64,000 nt of DNA from an uncultured Pseudomonadales bacterium. Lineage in GTDB: Bacteria; Patescibacteriota; Microgenomatia; UBA1400; CAYXSR01. The notes under the pieces were generated by a model, which was not told the DNA's origin, made no database searches, and saw nothing but the letters and a program-made list of their open reading frames with translations. Shown here piece after piece: positions 9,306-18,638 of this stretch. The stretch lies in contig CAYXSR010000001.1 of NCBI GenBank assembly GCA_964467735.1, forward strand, positions 23,244 through 87,243, written 5' to 3'. Every line of letters begins with the position of its first letter. Position 1 is the stretch's first letter. The translations under genes and the position numbers were made by a program.

Positions 9306-10353
9306 TATAAAAATTTTAGCTATCGACACGTCTTGTGACGAAACTTCAGCTGCTGTTACTTTTAGTGATAAAGTAATGAGTAATATTGTCTGGTCACAAA
9401 TAGAAATCCATAAAACATGGGGTGGTGTTGTTCCTCATTTAGCAAAAAGAGCTCATCAAGAAAGAATTGATAATGTAGTAAAAAATGCACTTAAAAAAGC
9501 AAAGATAAGTTTGAACGAAATTGATTGCTTTGCCGTTACTCAAGGACCTGGATTAGCTCCAGCTTTAGAAGTAGGTATTAAAAAAGCAAAAGATTTGGCC
9601 TTAAAATTTAAAAAGCCATTAATTGCCATAAATCATATGGAAGGTCATCTTTTATCATGTTTTGCTAAAAACAGTAAAGGAAATAATTATTTACCAAAAA
9701 CTAAGATTGAATTTCCAATTCTAGGATTACTCATTTCTGGTGGACATACCCAATTAGTTTTAATGAAAAATTTTGGTCAATATAAAATTTTAGGAGAAAC
9801 ATTAGATGATGCGGCTGGGGAGGCTTTTGATAAAGTAGCTAAAATGCTTAACTTAGGTTATCCTGGAGGTCCAATAATCGAACAACTAGCTAAACAAGGC
9901 AATCCTCATAAATTTAATTTCCCCTTTCCTATGTCTCGACATCCTGGCTTAAACTTCAGCTTTTCTGGACTAAAAACCGCTTGTCTTTATCAATTAAGAA
10001 AAATTCCAGAAAAAAATAAAACAAAAGAATTTTTAGCAGATTTTAGCGCTTCTTTTCAATTTGCTTTAACTAAATCAATTACGATTAAGTTAAAAATTGC
10101 TCTTAAAAATTATCAACCTACAATGTTAGTTTTAGGCGGAGGAGTTATTAGTAATTTTTTCGTAAGAAGAAAAGTCAGACAAACAGCTAAGAAATATTCT
10201 GTCCCTGTTTTTATTCCATATAGTAAAAAATTACTAACTGATAATGCTGCTATGATTGGGATCACTGCTTTTTATAAATCAAAACGGAAACAATTTATTA
10301 AAAATATTGAAAAACTAGATCGACTTCCCAATTTGAATTTTAACTCTTTATAA
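9298..10353 (+). CDS. tsaD: tRNA N6-adenosine threonylcarbamoyltransferase TsaD (Kae1/Gcp family)
   Basis: ILAIDTSCDETSAAV N-terminus. HMEGHL metal-binding motif. Confidence 0.9.
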   Translation: MNSIKILAIDTSCDETSAAVTFSDKVMSNIVWSQIEIHKTWGGVVPHLAKRAHQERIDNVVKNALKKAKISLNEIDCFAVTQGPGLAPALEVGIKKAKDLALKFKKPLIAINHMEGHLLSCFAKNSKGNNYLPKTKIEFPILGLLISGGHTQLVLMKNFGQYKILGETLDDAAGEAFDKVAKMLNLGYPGGPIIEQLAKQGNPHKFNFPFPMSRHPGLNFSFSGLKTACLYQLRKIPEKNKTKEFLADFSASFQFALTKSITIKLKIALKNYQPTMLVLGGGVISNFFVRRKVRQTAKKYSVPVFIPYSKKLLTDNAAMIGITAFYKSKRKQFIKNIEKLDRLPNLNFNSL

Positions 10354-10355
10354 TT

Positions 10356-11177
10356 TTACTTTTCTAAAACTATTTCTATTTCTTTTTTAAGTTGATTAAT
10401 TTTATTTTTAGGAATCAATGTTTTTAAATTAGTAAAATTTAATATATCTCGACAAGAAACAATTCCCCTTCCTAAAAGCATTTCTCTATCTTGCTTTGAT
10501 AATGATGATAAACAAGTAATTGGATATAAACCACTTTTCTCCACCAAAGATTGTAAACTCCACTCCTTTTGATAATTCCACCCAATGGCTTTAATACCAA
10601 CACAATTACAATACTTAATTGCTTTTGATGTTAATTTTGTATTAGTTACTAACCACATTTGATTAATATTATTTGTCTTAAAAATATTAATCTTTGTTAA
10701 TTTAATATCTAAAAATCGGGCATAAACATATAAGGCAGTTTTAACATCTGTTTTTATACCCTGTTTGTTATGAAATTTAGCCTCAATTGCAAAAAGATCG
10801 TTTTCTTTCTGAGCAAGAATATCGATTTCGTGACTAATACATTTTCCTTTAACATAATAGGAAACTTTTGTTTTAAATCCACTGGTATTAAGTATTTTGG
10901 CAAAGAAATTTTCAAAAGGGTAACCAGATGGCCCTAAAGCCATTATTGCCTGTTTTAAATTATAACGAGATGAAAGAAAAGGTCGTTTTTTATCTAGTAA
11001 TTGGGCAACTATTTTATATATCTCTTTGGTGGAGATACCATCGTAAAGATATTGTTTCAGTTCTTTGATAATATCTTTTCTTATATTTTTATCAATGCCG
11101 GATGCTGTTAAAGAATTATTTACTTTATTCTCGGAGAAAGGCTCTAACAAGCCATTAGCTTTCAAAACACTAATCAT
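10356..11177 (-). CDS. ATP-cone domain fused to a restriction-endonuclease-like (Mrr_cat, PD-(D/E)xK) domain
   Basis: N-terminal ~90 aa resembles the ATP-cone (ISVLKANGLLEPFSENKV...ISTKEIYKIVAQLL). Central region has FE...HEIDIL...FAIEAKF, matching the Mrr catalytic core D...(D/E)xK. Followed by a ~90-aa C-terminal region with conserved Cys. Confidence 0.6.
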   Translation of the reverse strand: MISVLKANGLLEPFSENKVNNSLTASGIDKNIRKDIIKELKQYLYDGISTKEIYKIVAQLLDKKRPFLSSRYNLKQAIMALGPSGYPFENFFAKILNTSGFKTKVSYYVKGKCISHEIDILAQKENDLFAIEAKFHNKQGIKTDVKTALYVYARFLDIKLTKINIFKTNNINQMWLVTNTKLTSKAIKYCNCVGIKAIGWNYQKEWSLQSLVEKSGLYPITCLSSLSKQDREMLLGRGIVSCRDILNFTNLKTLIPKNKINQLKKEIEIVLEK

Positions 11178-11233
11178 ATAAATTATTATAAACTCCTTTT
11201 ATGAGAAAACCTAGAATTCCTCTGATTTACAGA

Positions 11234-11431
11234 TTAATTATGACATCCTGGGCAAGATGAACAACACCCACCACATGAAGAACCATTAGAAAAAAAAGAA
11301 TCAAATACTTGAGTGATTTTCTTACTTTTACAATGAGGGCAAGTAACTTCCTTATTCTCTTTTTCTTTAAGATTTAATTCAAGATTAAATTTCTTCTTGC
11401 AATTATCACAAGAAAAACTATATGTTGGCAT
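11234..11431 (-). CDS. FmdB-family zinc-ribbon protein with Cys-rich C-terminal tail
   Basis: CDNC...CPHC zinc ribbon, then GSSCGGCCSSCPGC. Confidence 0.55.
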   Translation of the reverse strand: MPTYSFSCDNCKKKFNLELNLKEKENKEVTCPHCKSKKITQVFDSFFSNGSSCGGCCSSCPGCHN

Positions 11432-11494
11432 AGTTTATATCTTAATACAAAAACTTTCTTCTTGCAATTTCTTCATTAAAATTACCAACCAGAA

Positions 11495-12007
11495 TTATTG
11501 ACCTTGTCCGCTCATCATCTCCTCTATCGTCATAAAGTTAACATTATTGGGCAAATCAAATCTAGAATCAAGAATAACTGCTGGTACACAATTATATTGC
11601 ATGTCGCTAGGTGGCGCCCCACTATTCTCTGTACTTTCTGATTCCCACCAATCTTCATCTGTATCTTCAAAACAAGTTTTCATTCCCTGTGGACTAACTT
11701 TATCCCATACCCACATACAATTTTCTTTCATTAATAAAAATCCTTCTTTACCTTCTTGATTCATTTCGGCATAATAATTTTTTCCTTCTATATAACCAGT
11801 TCCAAAAAATTTATCATCTTTTTTCCAAGTACATTTAAAAGGAACTCCTTTCATTATTGCCTCTTTTAGAGTACCACTAAAACTTTCTTGTTTTTTATCT
11901 GGCGATTCTGAACCTTCATTCTTTTTTGAAGAGAGACTACATCCGCTTAATAAGAAAAAAGTTAAAAGAACTATAGAAACTAAAATAATTTTTTTCAATT
12001 TAATCAC
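11495..12007 (-). CDS. secreted lipoprotein of unknown function (Trp/Cys/acidic-rich)
   Basis: Signal peptide with lipobox LLSGC. Mature part has 4 Cys and many Trp/Asp/Glu. Confidence 0.5.
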   Translation of the reverse strand: MIKLKKIILVSIVLLTFFLLSGCSLSSKKNEGSESPDKKQESFSGTLKEAIMKGVPFKCTWKKDDKFFGTGYIEGKNYYAEMNQEGKEGFLLMKENCMWVWDKVSPQGMKTCFEDTDEDWWESESTENSGAPPSDMQYNCVPAVILDSRFDLPNNVNFMTIEEMMSGQGQ

Positions 12008-12021
12008 CTCCCTAGATAATA

Positions 12022-14556
12022 TTAATTAATTTTTAAATTTTTTCCATTCCTTCCATTATCTGAAATTTTAAAAAACATTAATTTAACTAATTCAGTTACT
12101 ACAAAATAACTCACTACTAATCCTAATATTATTGTTAATTGTCTTGATTGAGGAGAAATGAAACTAAAAACTTTTTGTCCTTCAGGGAGAAGAGGCAAGC
12201 CAATGGTTAACAGAGCAGCAAGACTAATAAACCCACCTAAAATTAAAGAAGGTGATTTTGCTTTCAAAAAGAACAGTCTAGTTCTAATTGAAAAAATGAA
12301 AACTAGCTCTGTTAAAATACTTTCCATATACCAACTAGTCTGTAAAAACTTAGTCGACCATTTAGAAAAAATAGCAAAGGTTATAAAGTCGAAACCACTG
12401 CTTACTAAACCCAAAACCACCACTAAATATAAAATCGATTTAAGATCATAACTCTGAGGTTTCTTTACCTCAGTTTCGTCAACATTATCACTCGCAATCG
12501 CAATCATGGGAAAATCAGATAAAAGATTAACTAACAATATCTGGGTAGGTAACATTGGTAAAACGTTTATCATTAAAGAAGCCGCTGCTACAGCATAAAA
12601 ATTACCGAAATTTGCTGATAGACTAGCGATAATATATTTAGTAGTATTCACAAAAATCTCCCTACCTTCTTTTATTCCATCAATAATTATCTTTAAGTCT
12701 TTTCTCAATAAAATAATATCAGCAGCTTCTCTAGAAACATCGGTAGCCTCTTGAACTGCTAAAGCCACATTTGCTAATTTTAAAGCTGGGGCATCATTAA
12801 TCCCATCACCTAAAAACCCAACCTTATATTTCTTCTGTAAAGATTGAATAATTTCATATTTTTGTTGTGGGGAAACTCTAGCAAAAACTTTACATGACTC
12901 AATAAACTTTTGGCGTTTCTGAAAAGATAGTTTATCTAACTCGCTCCCTGTTATTATTTCTTTTTGATCGCTAATTAATCCAATATTATTAGCTACTGCT
13001 TGAGCAATCTCTTTTCTGTCTCCGGTTAGAATCTTAATTGTTATACCTAATTTTTGAGCTTTTTCAACTGCCTCATTAACACTTTTTTTAATCGGATCAA
13101 CAAAGGAAATTAAACCGATACATTTCAATTCCTTTTCTGCTTTTTTTAAATCAGAAGGTTTTTTAGTTAAGGTCCCTTTAGCAATTGCCCAAACTCTTTT
13201 TCCTTCAATTCCTTTTTCAACCATCCATTTTTCTAATATCTTTTTTTCTTTAGAGGACAGTTTACATAACTCTATTATTGTCTCTGGTGCTCCTCTAGTT
13301 ATTACTTCATATTTTTCTCTTCTTTCCAGTAGGGTTGTATCTCTTTTTCTTTCTGGATCAAAAGGAATATTTTCCTGTTTTTTATATTCTAAAAGAGTTT
13401 TCTTCTTTTCTAATTTTCTTTCTAAAATTGCAATGTCAAATGGGTTTGTTAATTCTTTTTTTTCAGAAAGAAATGAGCTACCCAAACAGGCATAAAAAAC
13501 TGGATCTTCTTTGTATAAAGAAAAAGTTTCTGAGACTTTCATGCTATTTTCTGTTAACGTTCCTGTCTTATCAGTACAAAGTACTTCTATTCCTCCGAGG
13601 TCTTCAACAGCGGCTAATCTTTTTACTATGACATGTTTCTTTGCCAATTTTAAAGCTCCTCTTGAAAAAGCAAAAGTTGTAACTACCGGTAGAGCTTCAG
13701 GAATTGCGCTTACCACTAGAGCAATAGAAAAGAGCGTTAAATCTCCTATGTTCACTTCAAGTCCTTTCACTAATAAGTTCCCAAAAAACATCAAGACGAT
13801 TGTTACAATAACTAAACGTAGGATAAATTTACTAAATTTGGCAATCTCTTTTTCAAAAATACTTTTTCTAGCAGTTTCTCCAGTAAGTTTAGCAATGTTC
13901 CCTAGGACAGTATCCTTGCCAGTCGTTACTACCAAGCCTAACCCTTTTCCTCTCACGACTGTAGTGCCTGAAAAAACCATATTAGTCGCTTGATGAACTT
14001 CTTTCGCTTTATTGTCCAAAACATCATCTGTTTTTTCAATCGTAACTGATTCTCCTGTTAATAAAGACTCGTCTAATGCTAAACTTTTGGCTTGTAATAA
14101 TCTCATATCAGCTGGAACAATATTTCCTGGTTCTAAAATAACCACATCTCCTATCACCAACTCTTCACTGCTAATTTCTGTTTCTGCGTCATCTCTTTTA
14201 ACCTTTATTTTCTTAGTTAAGTGTTTCTTTAAAAGTTTCACTGCCTTCTCAGATTGATATTCCTGGTAAAAACCCAACACTGTATTAATAAATACAAACA
14301 ACATAATCATCGCTGAATCCCAATACTCTCTTAATAAGAAAGCAAGAACTGAGGCACCTAAAAGAAGATAAATAAATGAGGATTTAAGCTGACGAAGTAA
14401 AATATTCCAGATTCCTTTTTCTTTAATAGAGAACTTATTTGAACCATTCTTTTTTAATCTATCTTGAGCTTCTTGATTAGTTAACCCTTCTAAACTGCTT
14501 GCAAGTTCTCTTATAATCTCTTCTGATTTTCTAGAAACATATTTAGCAAAATCCAT
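12022..14556 (-). CDS. cation-transporting P-type ATPase (type II/III, Ca2+/Mg2+-like; no heavy-metal CPx motif)
   Basis: TGES, PEAL, the DKTGTLT phosphorylation site, TGD, GDGINDAPAL. 844 aa with 8-10 TM helices. Confidence 0.85.
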   Translation of the reverse strand: MDFAKYVSRKSEEIIRELASSLEGLTNQEAQDRLKKNGSNKFSIKEKGIWNILLRQLKSSFIYLLLGASVLAFLLREYWDSAMIMLFVFINTVLGFYQEYQSEKAVKLLKKHLTKKIKVKRDDAETEISSEELVIGDVVILEPGNIVPADMRLLQAKSLALDESLLTGESVTIEKTDDVLDNKAKEVHQATNMVFSGTTVVRGKGLGLVVTTGKDTVLGNIAKLTGETARKSIFEKEIAKFSKFILRLVIVTIVLMFFGNLLVKGLEVNIGDLTLFSIALVVSAIPEALPVVTTFAFSRGALKLAKKHVIVKRLAAVEDLGGIEVLCTDKTGTLTENSMKVSETFSLYKEDPVFYACLGSSFLSEKKELTNPFDIAILERKLEKKKTLLEYKKQENIPFDPERKRDTTLLERREKYEVITRGAPETIIELCKLSSKEKKILEKWMVEKGIEGKRVWAIAKGTLTKKPSDLKKAEKELKCIGLISFVDPIKKSVNEAVEKAQKLGITIKILTGDRKEIAQAVANNIGLISDQKEIITGSELDKLSFQKRQKFIESCKVFARVSPQQKYEIIQSLQKKYKVGFLGDGINDAPALKLANVALAVQEATDVSREAADIILLRKDLKIIIDGIKEGREIFVNTTKYIIASLSANFGNFYAVAAASLMINVLPMLPTQILLVNLLSDFPMIAIASDNVDETEVKKPQSYDLKSILYLVVVLGLVSSGFDFITFAIFSKWSTKFLQTSWYMESILTELVFIFSIRTRLFFLKAKSPSLILGGFISLAALLTIGLPLLPEGQKVFSFISPQSRQLTIILGLVVSYFVVTELVKLMFFKISDNGRNGKNLKIN

Positions 14557-14623
14557 CTTTTTTATTATACATAAACTAATAATTAAAAGTCATAGGAGGA
14601 AGTATTACTGATAAAAAACTAGA

Positions 14624-15100
14624 TTACTTGAGTAAAAAAAATATCCAATTACCAATATTATAGCTTATTAAAATGACTAATATTGCAATGAAAAGATGTT
14701 CGGATATCACTAGTAAAGGATTCTTTTTTCTCTTTTTAGAAATAAAAAAGCTCAACATGCTTAGTAAGAACATTCCCCAAACAAAACTTAAAAGTAATCC
14801 TGTTAATAAATTAAAAAACAAAAAGGGAGAAATAAAGCTAATAGCGAAAAAAAATTTAGAAAGAAAAGTAATAATTGTAGCCTTCCATACTTCTTTTTCT
14901 GGTTCCTTGTGTTGAGCTTCTTCGGCCGTATGAATACCTAACGAATCAGAAAAAGCATCCGAAATAGCAATTATTAAGATACTACTAATTATAATAGTTT
15001 TCGATTGAGTACTAGCATAAAGACCAACTATCAATCCAAGGGTAGTAATTACTCCAGAAGTTAAACCAAAACTAAAACCTGCTTTTAGTGAATTACTCAT
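14624..15100 (-). CDS. small membrane protein, VIT1/CCC1 (DUF125)-like
   Basis: 158 aa, 4-5 TM helices. Weak resemblance to the VIT family membrane core. Confidence 0.35.
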   Translation of the reverse strand: MSNSLKAGFSFGLTSGVITTLGLIVGLYASTQSKTIIISSILIIAISDAFSDSLGIHTAEEAQHKEPEKEVWKATIITFLSKFFFAISFISPFLFFNLLTGLLLSFVWGMFLLSMLSFFISKKRKKNPLLVISEHLFIAILVILISYNIGNWIFFLLK

Positions 15101-15103
15101 TTA

Positions 15104-15177
15104 GGTGCGCCTGCTTGGATTCGAACCAAGGACATCTACTTTATAAGAGTAGCGCTCTACCACTGAGCTACAGGCGC
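15104..15177 (-). tRNA. tRNA with anticodon UAU (tRNA-Ile, AUA decoder)
   Basis: Reverse complement folds as a canonical cloverleaf: GCGCCTG acceptor, AGTGGTA D-loop, TTCGAAT T-loop. Anticodon stem CTACT/AGTAG with loop C-U-UAU-A-A. Promoter immediately upstream. Confidence 0.75.
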
Positions 15178-15183
15178 TTAGCA

Positions 15184-15212
15184 TCTTAGTAACTAGTCTT
15201 TATTTTATCAAA
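15184..15212 (-). promoter_or_regulatory. sigma70-like promoter TTGATA-N17-TAAGAT (minus strand) immediately upstream of the tRNA
   Basis: On the minus strand: TTGATA, 17-nt spacer, TAAGAT, then GC and the tRNA 5' end. Confidence 0.45.
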
Positions 15213-15296
15213 TTGGAAATGTTTTGTCTTTTAATAGAAGAAAAGTTAATATCGCAATAATTAATAAAAAAATGATTAATCGTAAAGAGGCTTTTG

Positions 15297-16859
15297 TCAT
15301 AGTATGTATTTTTTTTGATTGTGCCAAAAAAGAAAAACAAAACCTATTAAACCAATAACGATGGGAACTCCCAAAATATTCAAATATTTATAAAATTCTC
15401 TTTCTTTATCTGTTAATTCTTTTAGGGGACGAGTGTCTTCTGCTTTGATTCTTATCTTAGCAAATTCTTGTCCATTAGCTAAATACTCCACTAAATTAAC
15501 AAAAAAATATAGATTTTCTGGTGCTCTAGTTATCATTCCTTCGTTAACAAAATCTGCATCAGCAATTAGAGCAAATCTAGTTTTGTCTATCTTATCAATA
15601 AATCTTTCTTGTTCCAACTCTAAGGGTTTGTCTTTGTCTTTAAAAAAGCTTTCTAATTTTCCATCAAATATAACCGCTAAGTTTTTACTTTTTCCTTCTT
15701 TTAGATTGAAATCTTGAGTCGGATCCAGATTAATATTTTTTTCTTCTGTCCATGATTCATTCGAGGAAGATATTAGAGGAATAATTCTTGAATCATTCTG
15801 ATCATATTCTATCCAAGAAGTCCAAGGAAAAACTAAACTTTGTAAATCGCTAGTAATCGGACTAGAGTAATTAATATTCTCCGGCTTTATCTTAACCCAG
15901 AAAGGATAAGGAATAAAGAACATTGATATTCCACTACTAAAATTGGCTTTTTCATTAGAGGTATCTAAAACAAAACCACTTTTTAAATTTACACCATAGC
16001 TAGACAATAAATCTTCTAATTTATGATCTGCTTTTAACACTTGGAGATTTTCGGAAACTTTCTGAGTCTCTAACAAAAAAATAATTGGTTTTCCTTTCAT
16101 TAAAAATTGATCCAGAAGATATTTTTCTTTTATGGTAAATTCTTGATCGGGACCGACAATTATTATAATATCAAAACTGTCAGGGATTAATTCCGATTCT
16201 TCTTGGTCTAAATTAATAAATTCTGTCAGGAATTGATCAGCTAATACGCTTTTTAATAAAGACTCTTGATAAATATTAGTGCTATCAGTTATTTGCTCAC
16301 CATGACCGATTACAAAACCAACCCTTGGTTGTTTGTCTTGAGTAATTTTATGAATTTTCGAGGTAAGTTGATACTCTAAATCACTAGTTCTATCGACTAA
16401 TGGAGTTGTCTCTATCTCATCGTTAAATAAAAAAGCTAAACCAAAAAAACCCTGAGTTAGTTCAACCTTGTCTTTCTTTAAATCAGAAAATTGAAGAGGG
16501 GGAATGCCTAATTTTTGGGCTTCTTGCTTACCTTCATCATTATTATCAACATCAACCCATTCTATTCTAATTTTTCCTTTTGATACGAATTGATATTCCA
16601 TCAACCAATCTTTTAGTACCTGTTTAATAAATAAAAAACGGGAAGGTAAGTTTTGAGAACTAAATACTTTTATATTAATAACGCCATCTAAGTTCTTTAT
16701 TGTTTTTTTTGTTGTTGGTGACAGACTATACTTTCTATTAGAAGTTAAGTCTAATCTTAAAGGATAAAACCAAAAAAGAATACTGATAAACAATAAAGTT
16801 ATAAAGAATATTATTAACTTTTTTTTCTTAATTAGTTTTGTTATCTTCTTAAATTTCAT
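15297..16859 (-). CDS. GldG-like auxiliary component of an ABC-2 type transport system
   Basis: N- and C-terminal TM anchors with a large extracytoplasmic domain. Operon with an ABC-2 permease and ATPase. Confidence 0.6.
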   Translation of the reverse strand: MKFKKITKLIKKKKLIIFFITLLFISILFWFYPLRLDLTSNRKYSLSPTTKKTIKNLDGVINIKVFSSQNLPSRFLFIKQVLKDWLMEYQFVSKGKIRIEWVDVDNNDEGKQEAQKLGIPPLQFSDLKKDKVELTQGFFGLAFLFNDEIETTPLVDRTSDLEYQLTSKIHKITQDKQPRVGFVIGHGEQITDSTNIYQESLLKSVLADQFLTEFINLDQEESELIPDSFDIIIIVGPDQEFTIKEKYLLDQFLMKGKPIIFLLETQKVSENLQVLKADHKLEDLLSSYGVNLKSGFVLDTSNEKANFSSGISMFFIPYPFWVKIKPENINYSSPITSDLQSLVFPWTSWIEYDQNDSRIIPLISSSNESWTEEKNINLDPTQDFNLKEGKSKNLAVIFDGKLESFFKDKDKPLELEQERFIDKIDKTRFALIADADFVNEGMITRAPENLYFFVNLVEYLANGQEFAKIRIKAEDTRPLKELTDKEREFYKYLNILGVPIVIGLIGFVFLFWHNQKKYIL

Positions 16860-17565
16860 TTTTAAAACTCAGTTTTTTAATAGTTAACCAAATAAAAAAA
16901 CCAACTAAAGTAAGAAAATAAAAAATATCTCCTAAAGAAATTAGTCCCTTGCTAAAATTTATAAAATGAGAGGCTGGACTAAGAAAAGCTAGAATTAATT
17001 GTAAAATAAAAGGAACTCTTTCAAGAATAACTTCTTGGCCAGAGAAAAAAATGATTAAAAGACTAACATTAGTTAACAAAGCAATCAAAAGCTGTTCTCT
17101 AAAAAGACTAGAAATAAATACTCCAAAGGCAATATAGAAACCACCCAATAAAATTGTTCCTAAATAACCCGTTAAAATCATTCCCATATCTGGTTTTCCA
17201 ATAATCAGCAAAGTTATCGGAATTGTTAAAGAAAAAAACATAACAAAAATAAAAAACAAGAGCAAGGCTAAAAATTTAGCCAAAACTATTGTTGATTTTT
17301 TGAGCGGTAAACTTAGGATTACTTCTAAAGTTCCTGATTTTCTTTCATTAGCAAAAATACCCATCGTTAAAAACGAAATAAAAAAAATCAAAATCAATGG
17401 TAAATTAATAAAATAAGCTCTCATTTCTGCCTGGTCAACTAAAAACAAATTACTAAAATAGAAAAAATTATTTAATAATATAAAAAGTAAAGTAAAAATC
17501 CAGGCGATTGGTGAGTAAAAAATTTGATACAGCTCTTTAACTAAGACTGGTTTTAATTGTTTCAT
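16849..17565 (-). CDS. ABC-2 family transporter permease (GldF-like)
   Basis: 238 aa, 6 TM helices. Overlaps its neighbours, which indicates translational coupling. Confidence 0.65.
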   Translation of the reverse strand: MKQLKPVLVKELYQIFYSPIAWIFTLLFILLNNFFYFSNLFLVDQAEMRAYFINLPLILIFFISFLTMGIFANERKSGTLEVILSLPLKKSTIVLAKFLALLLFFIFVMFFSLTIPITLLIIGKPDMGMILTGYLGTILLGGFYIAFGVFISSLFREQLLIALLTNVSLLIIFFSGQEVILERVPFILQLILAFLSPASHFINFSKGLISLGDIFYFLTLVGFFIWLTIKKLSFKNEI

Positions 17566-18275
17566 GATGTTAATTTTTGAAAAATTTTTTCTAAACTTTT
17601 TCCTTTTGTTAATTTCTTTAAACTTCCAGTAGCAACTATCTGACCTTTATTAATAAAAATAATTTTTTGGCAAAGATTCTGAACTTCTGAAAGAACATGA
17701 GTAGAAAAAATAATCGTTTTTTTCAAAGCTAAATCTTTAATTAACTTTCTAATTTCTATTACTTGATTAGGATCTAAACCAACAGTTGGTTCGTCTAATA
17801 TCAAAATTTCTGGATCACCTAATAAGGCCACCGCTATACCTACTCGCTGTCGATACCCCTTAGATAAATAATCAATTTTTTTAGAAATAACTTCTTGAAG
17901 ACCACAGTCAATAATTACTTTTCTTAATATTTTATTGTCATCTACCTTTTTTACCTGTGAAATAAACTTTAAATATTCAAATACTTTAAAATCGAGATAT
18001 AAAGGATTATCTTCTGATAAATAACCAATTTCTTTTCGAAAATCAAGCAAGTCAGCGTTGTCCTGGTTTCTGTCATTGATAAAAATTTCACCATTTGTAG
18101 GTTTTAATAAACCCAATATCATTCTCATTGTAGTAGTTTTTCCTGCTCCATTCGGACCTAAAAAACCAACAATTTCGCCTTTTTTAATTTTAAATGAAAT
18201 TTTGTTTAGAATCGTTATTTTTTTGTTTTTTTTAGTTACGTTTTTAAACTCAATTATCATAATAAAAAAATACAA
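17562..18275 (-). CDS. ABC transporter ATP-binding protein (GldA-like)
   Basis: Walker A GPNGAGKTT, signature LSKGYRQR, Walker B ILILDEPT. Confidence 0.9.
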   Translation of the reverse strand: MYFFIMIIEFKNVTKKNKKITILNKISFKIKKGEIVGFLGPNGAGKTTTMRMILGLLKPTNGEIFINDRNQDNADLLDFRKEIGYLSEDNPLYLDFKVFEYLKFISQVKKVDDNKILRKVIIDCGLQEVISKKIDYLSKGYRQRVGIAVALLGDPEILILDEPTVGLDPNQVIEIRKLIKDLALKKTIIFSTHVLSEVQNLCQKIIFINKGQIVATGSLKKLTKGKSLEKIFQKLTS

Positions 18276-18332
18276 GAAGTTCTTAAAAAAATCAAAGATT
18301 TTTTAGTATTCAAGGGTTAAAAGATAATTATA

Positions 18333-18617
18333 TTATTTAACTTCTTTTTTTAATTTCTTGGCAACTATAAAACGAACTACCCTATGTCCTTTATGAATTA
18401 TTGGTGTAGGATCACTTGGACTTCTTCTTCCTTTCTTGTCTTTAACTTTTCCAATTTTAAAAGTTCCAAAACCGGAAATAATAACTTTTTCTCCTTTTTT
18501 AAGAAGACGTGAAATCTCATCAAAAAGAACCTCAATTGCTTCTTTAGCAGCTTTTTTAGTTAAATGACCTCTTTTTGCTAAGATTTCTATTAATTCTGAT
18601 TTCTTCACTAAAATCAC
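18333..18617 (-). CDS. hup: HU/IHF-family DNA-binding protein
   Basis: 94 aa: MILVKKSELIEILAKRGHLTKKAAKEAIEVLFDEI...GFGTFK...R.P. Confidence 0.85.
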   Translation of the reverse strand: MILVKKSELIEILAKRGHLTKKAAKEAIEVLFDEISRLLKKGEKVIISGFGTFKIGKVKDKKGRRSPSDPTPIIHKGHRVVRFIVAKKLKKEVK

Positions 18618-18638
18618 CTCCCTTCTCTTAATTTATCT

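Noticed and set aside
13335-13993. Plus-strand ORFs of 98 and 160 aa
   Set aside because: Antisense to the P-type ATPase gene, whose frame is continuous and has all motifs.
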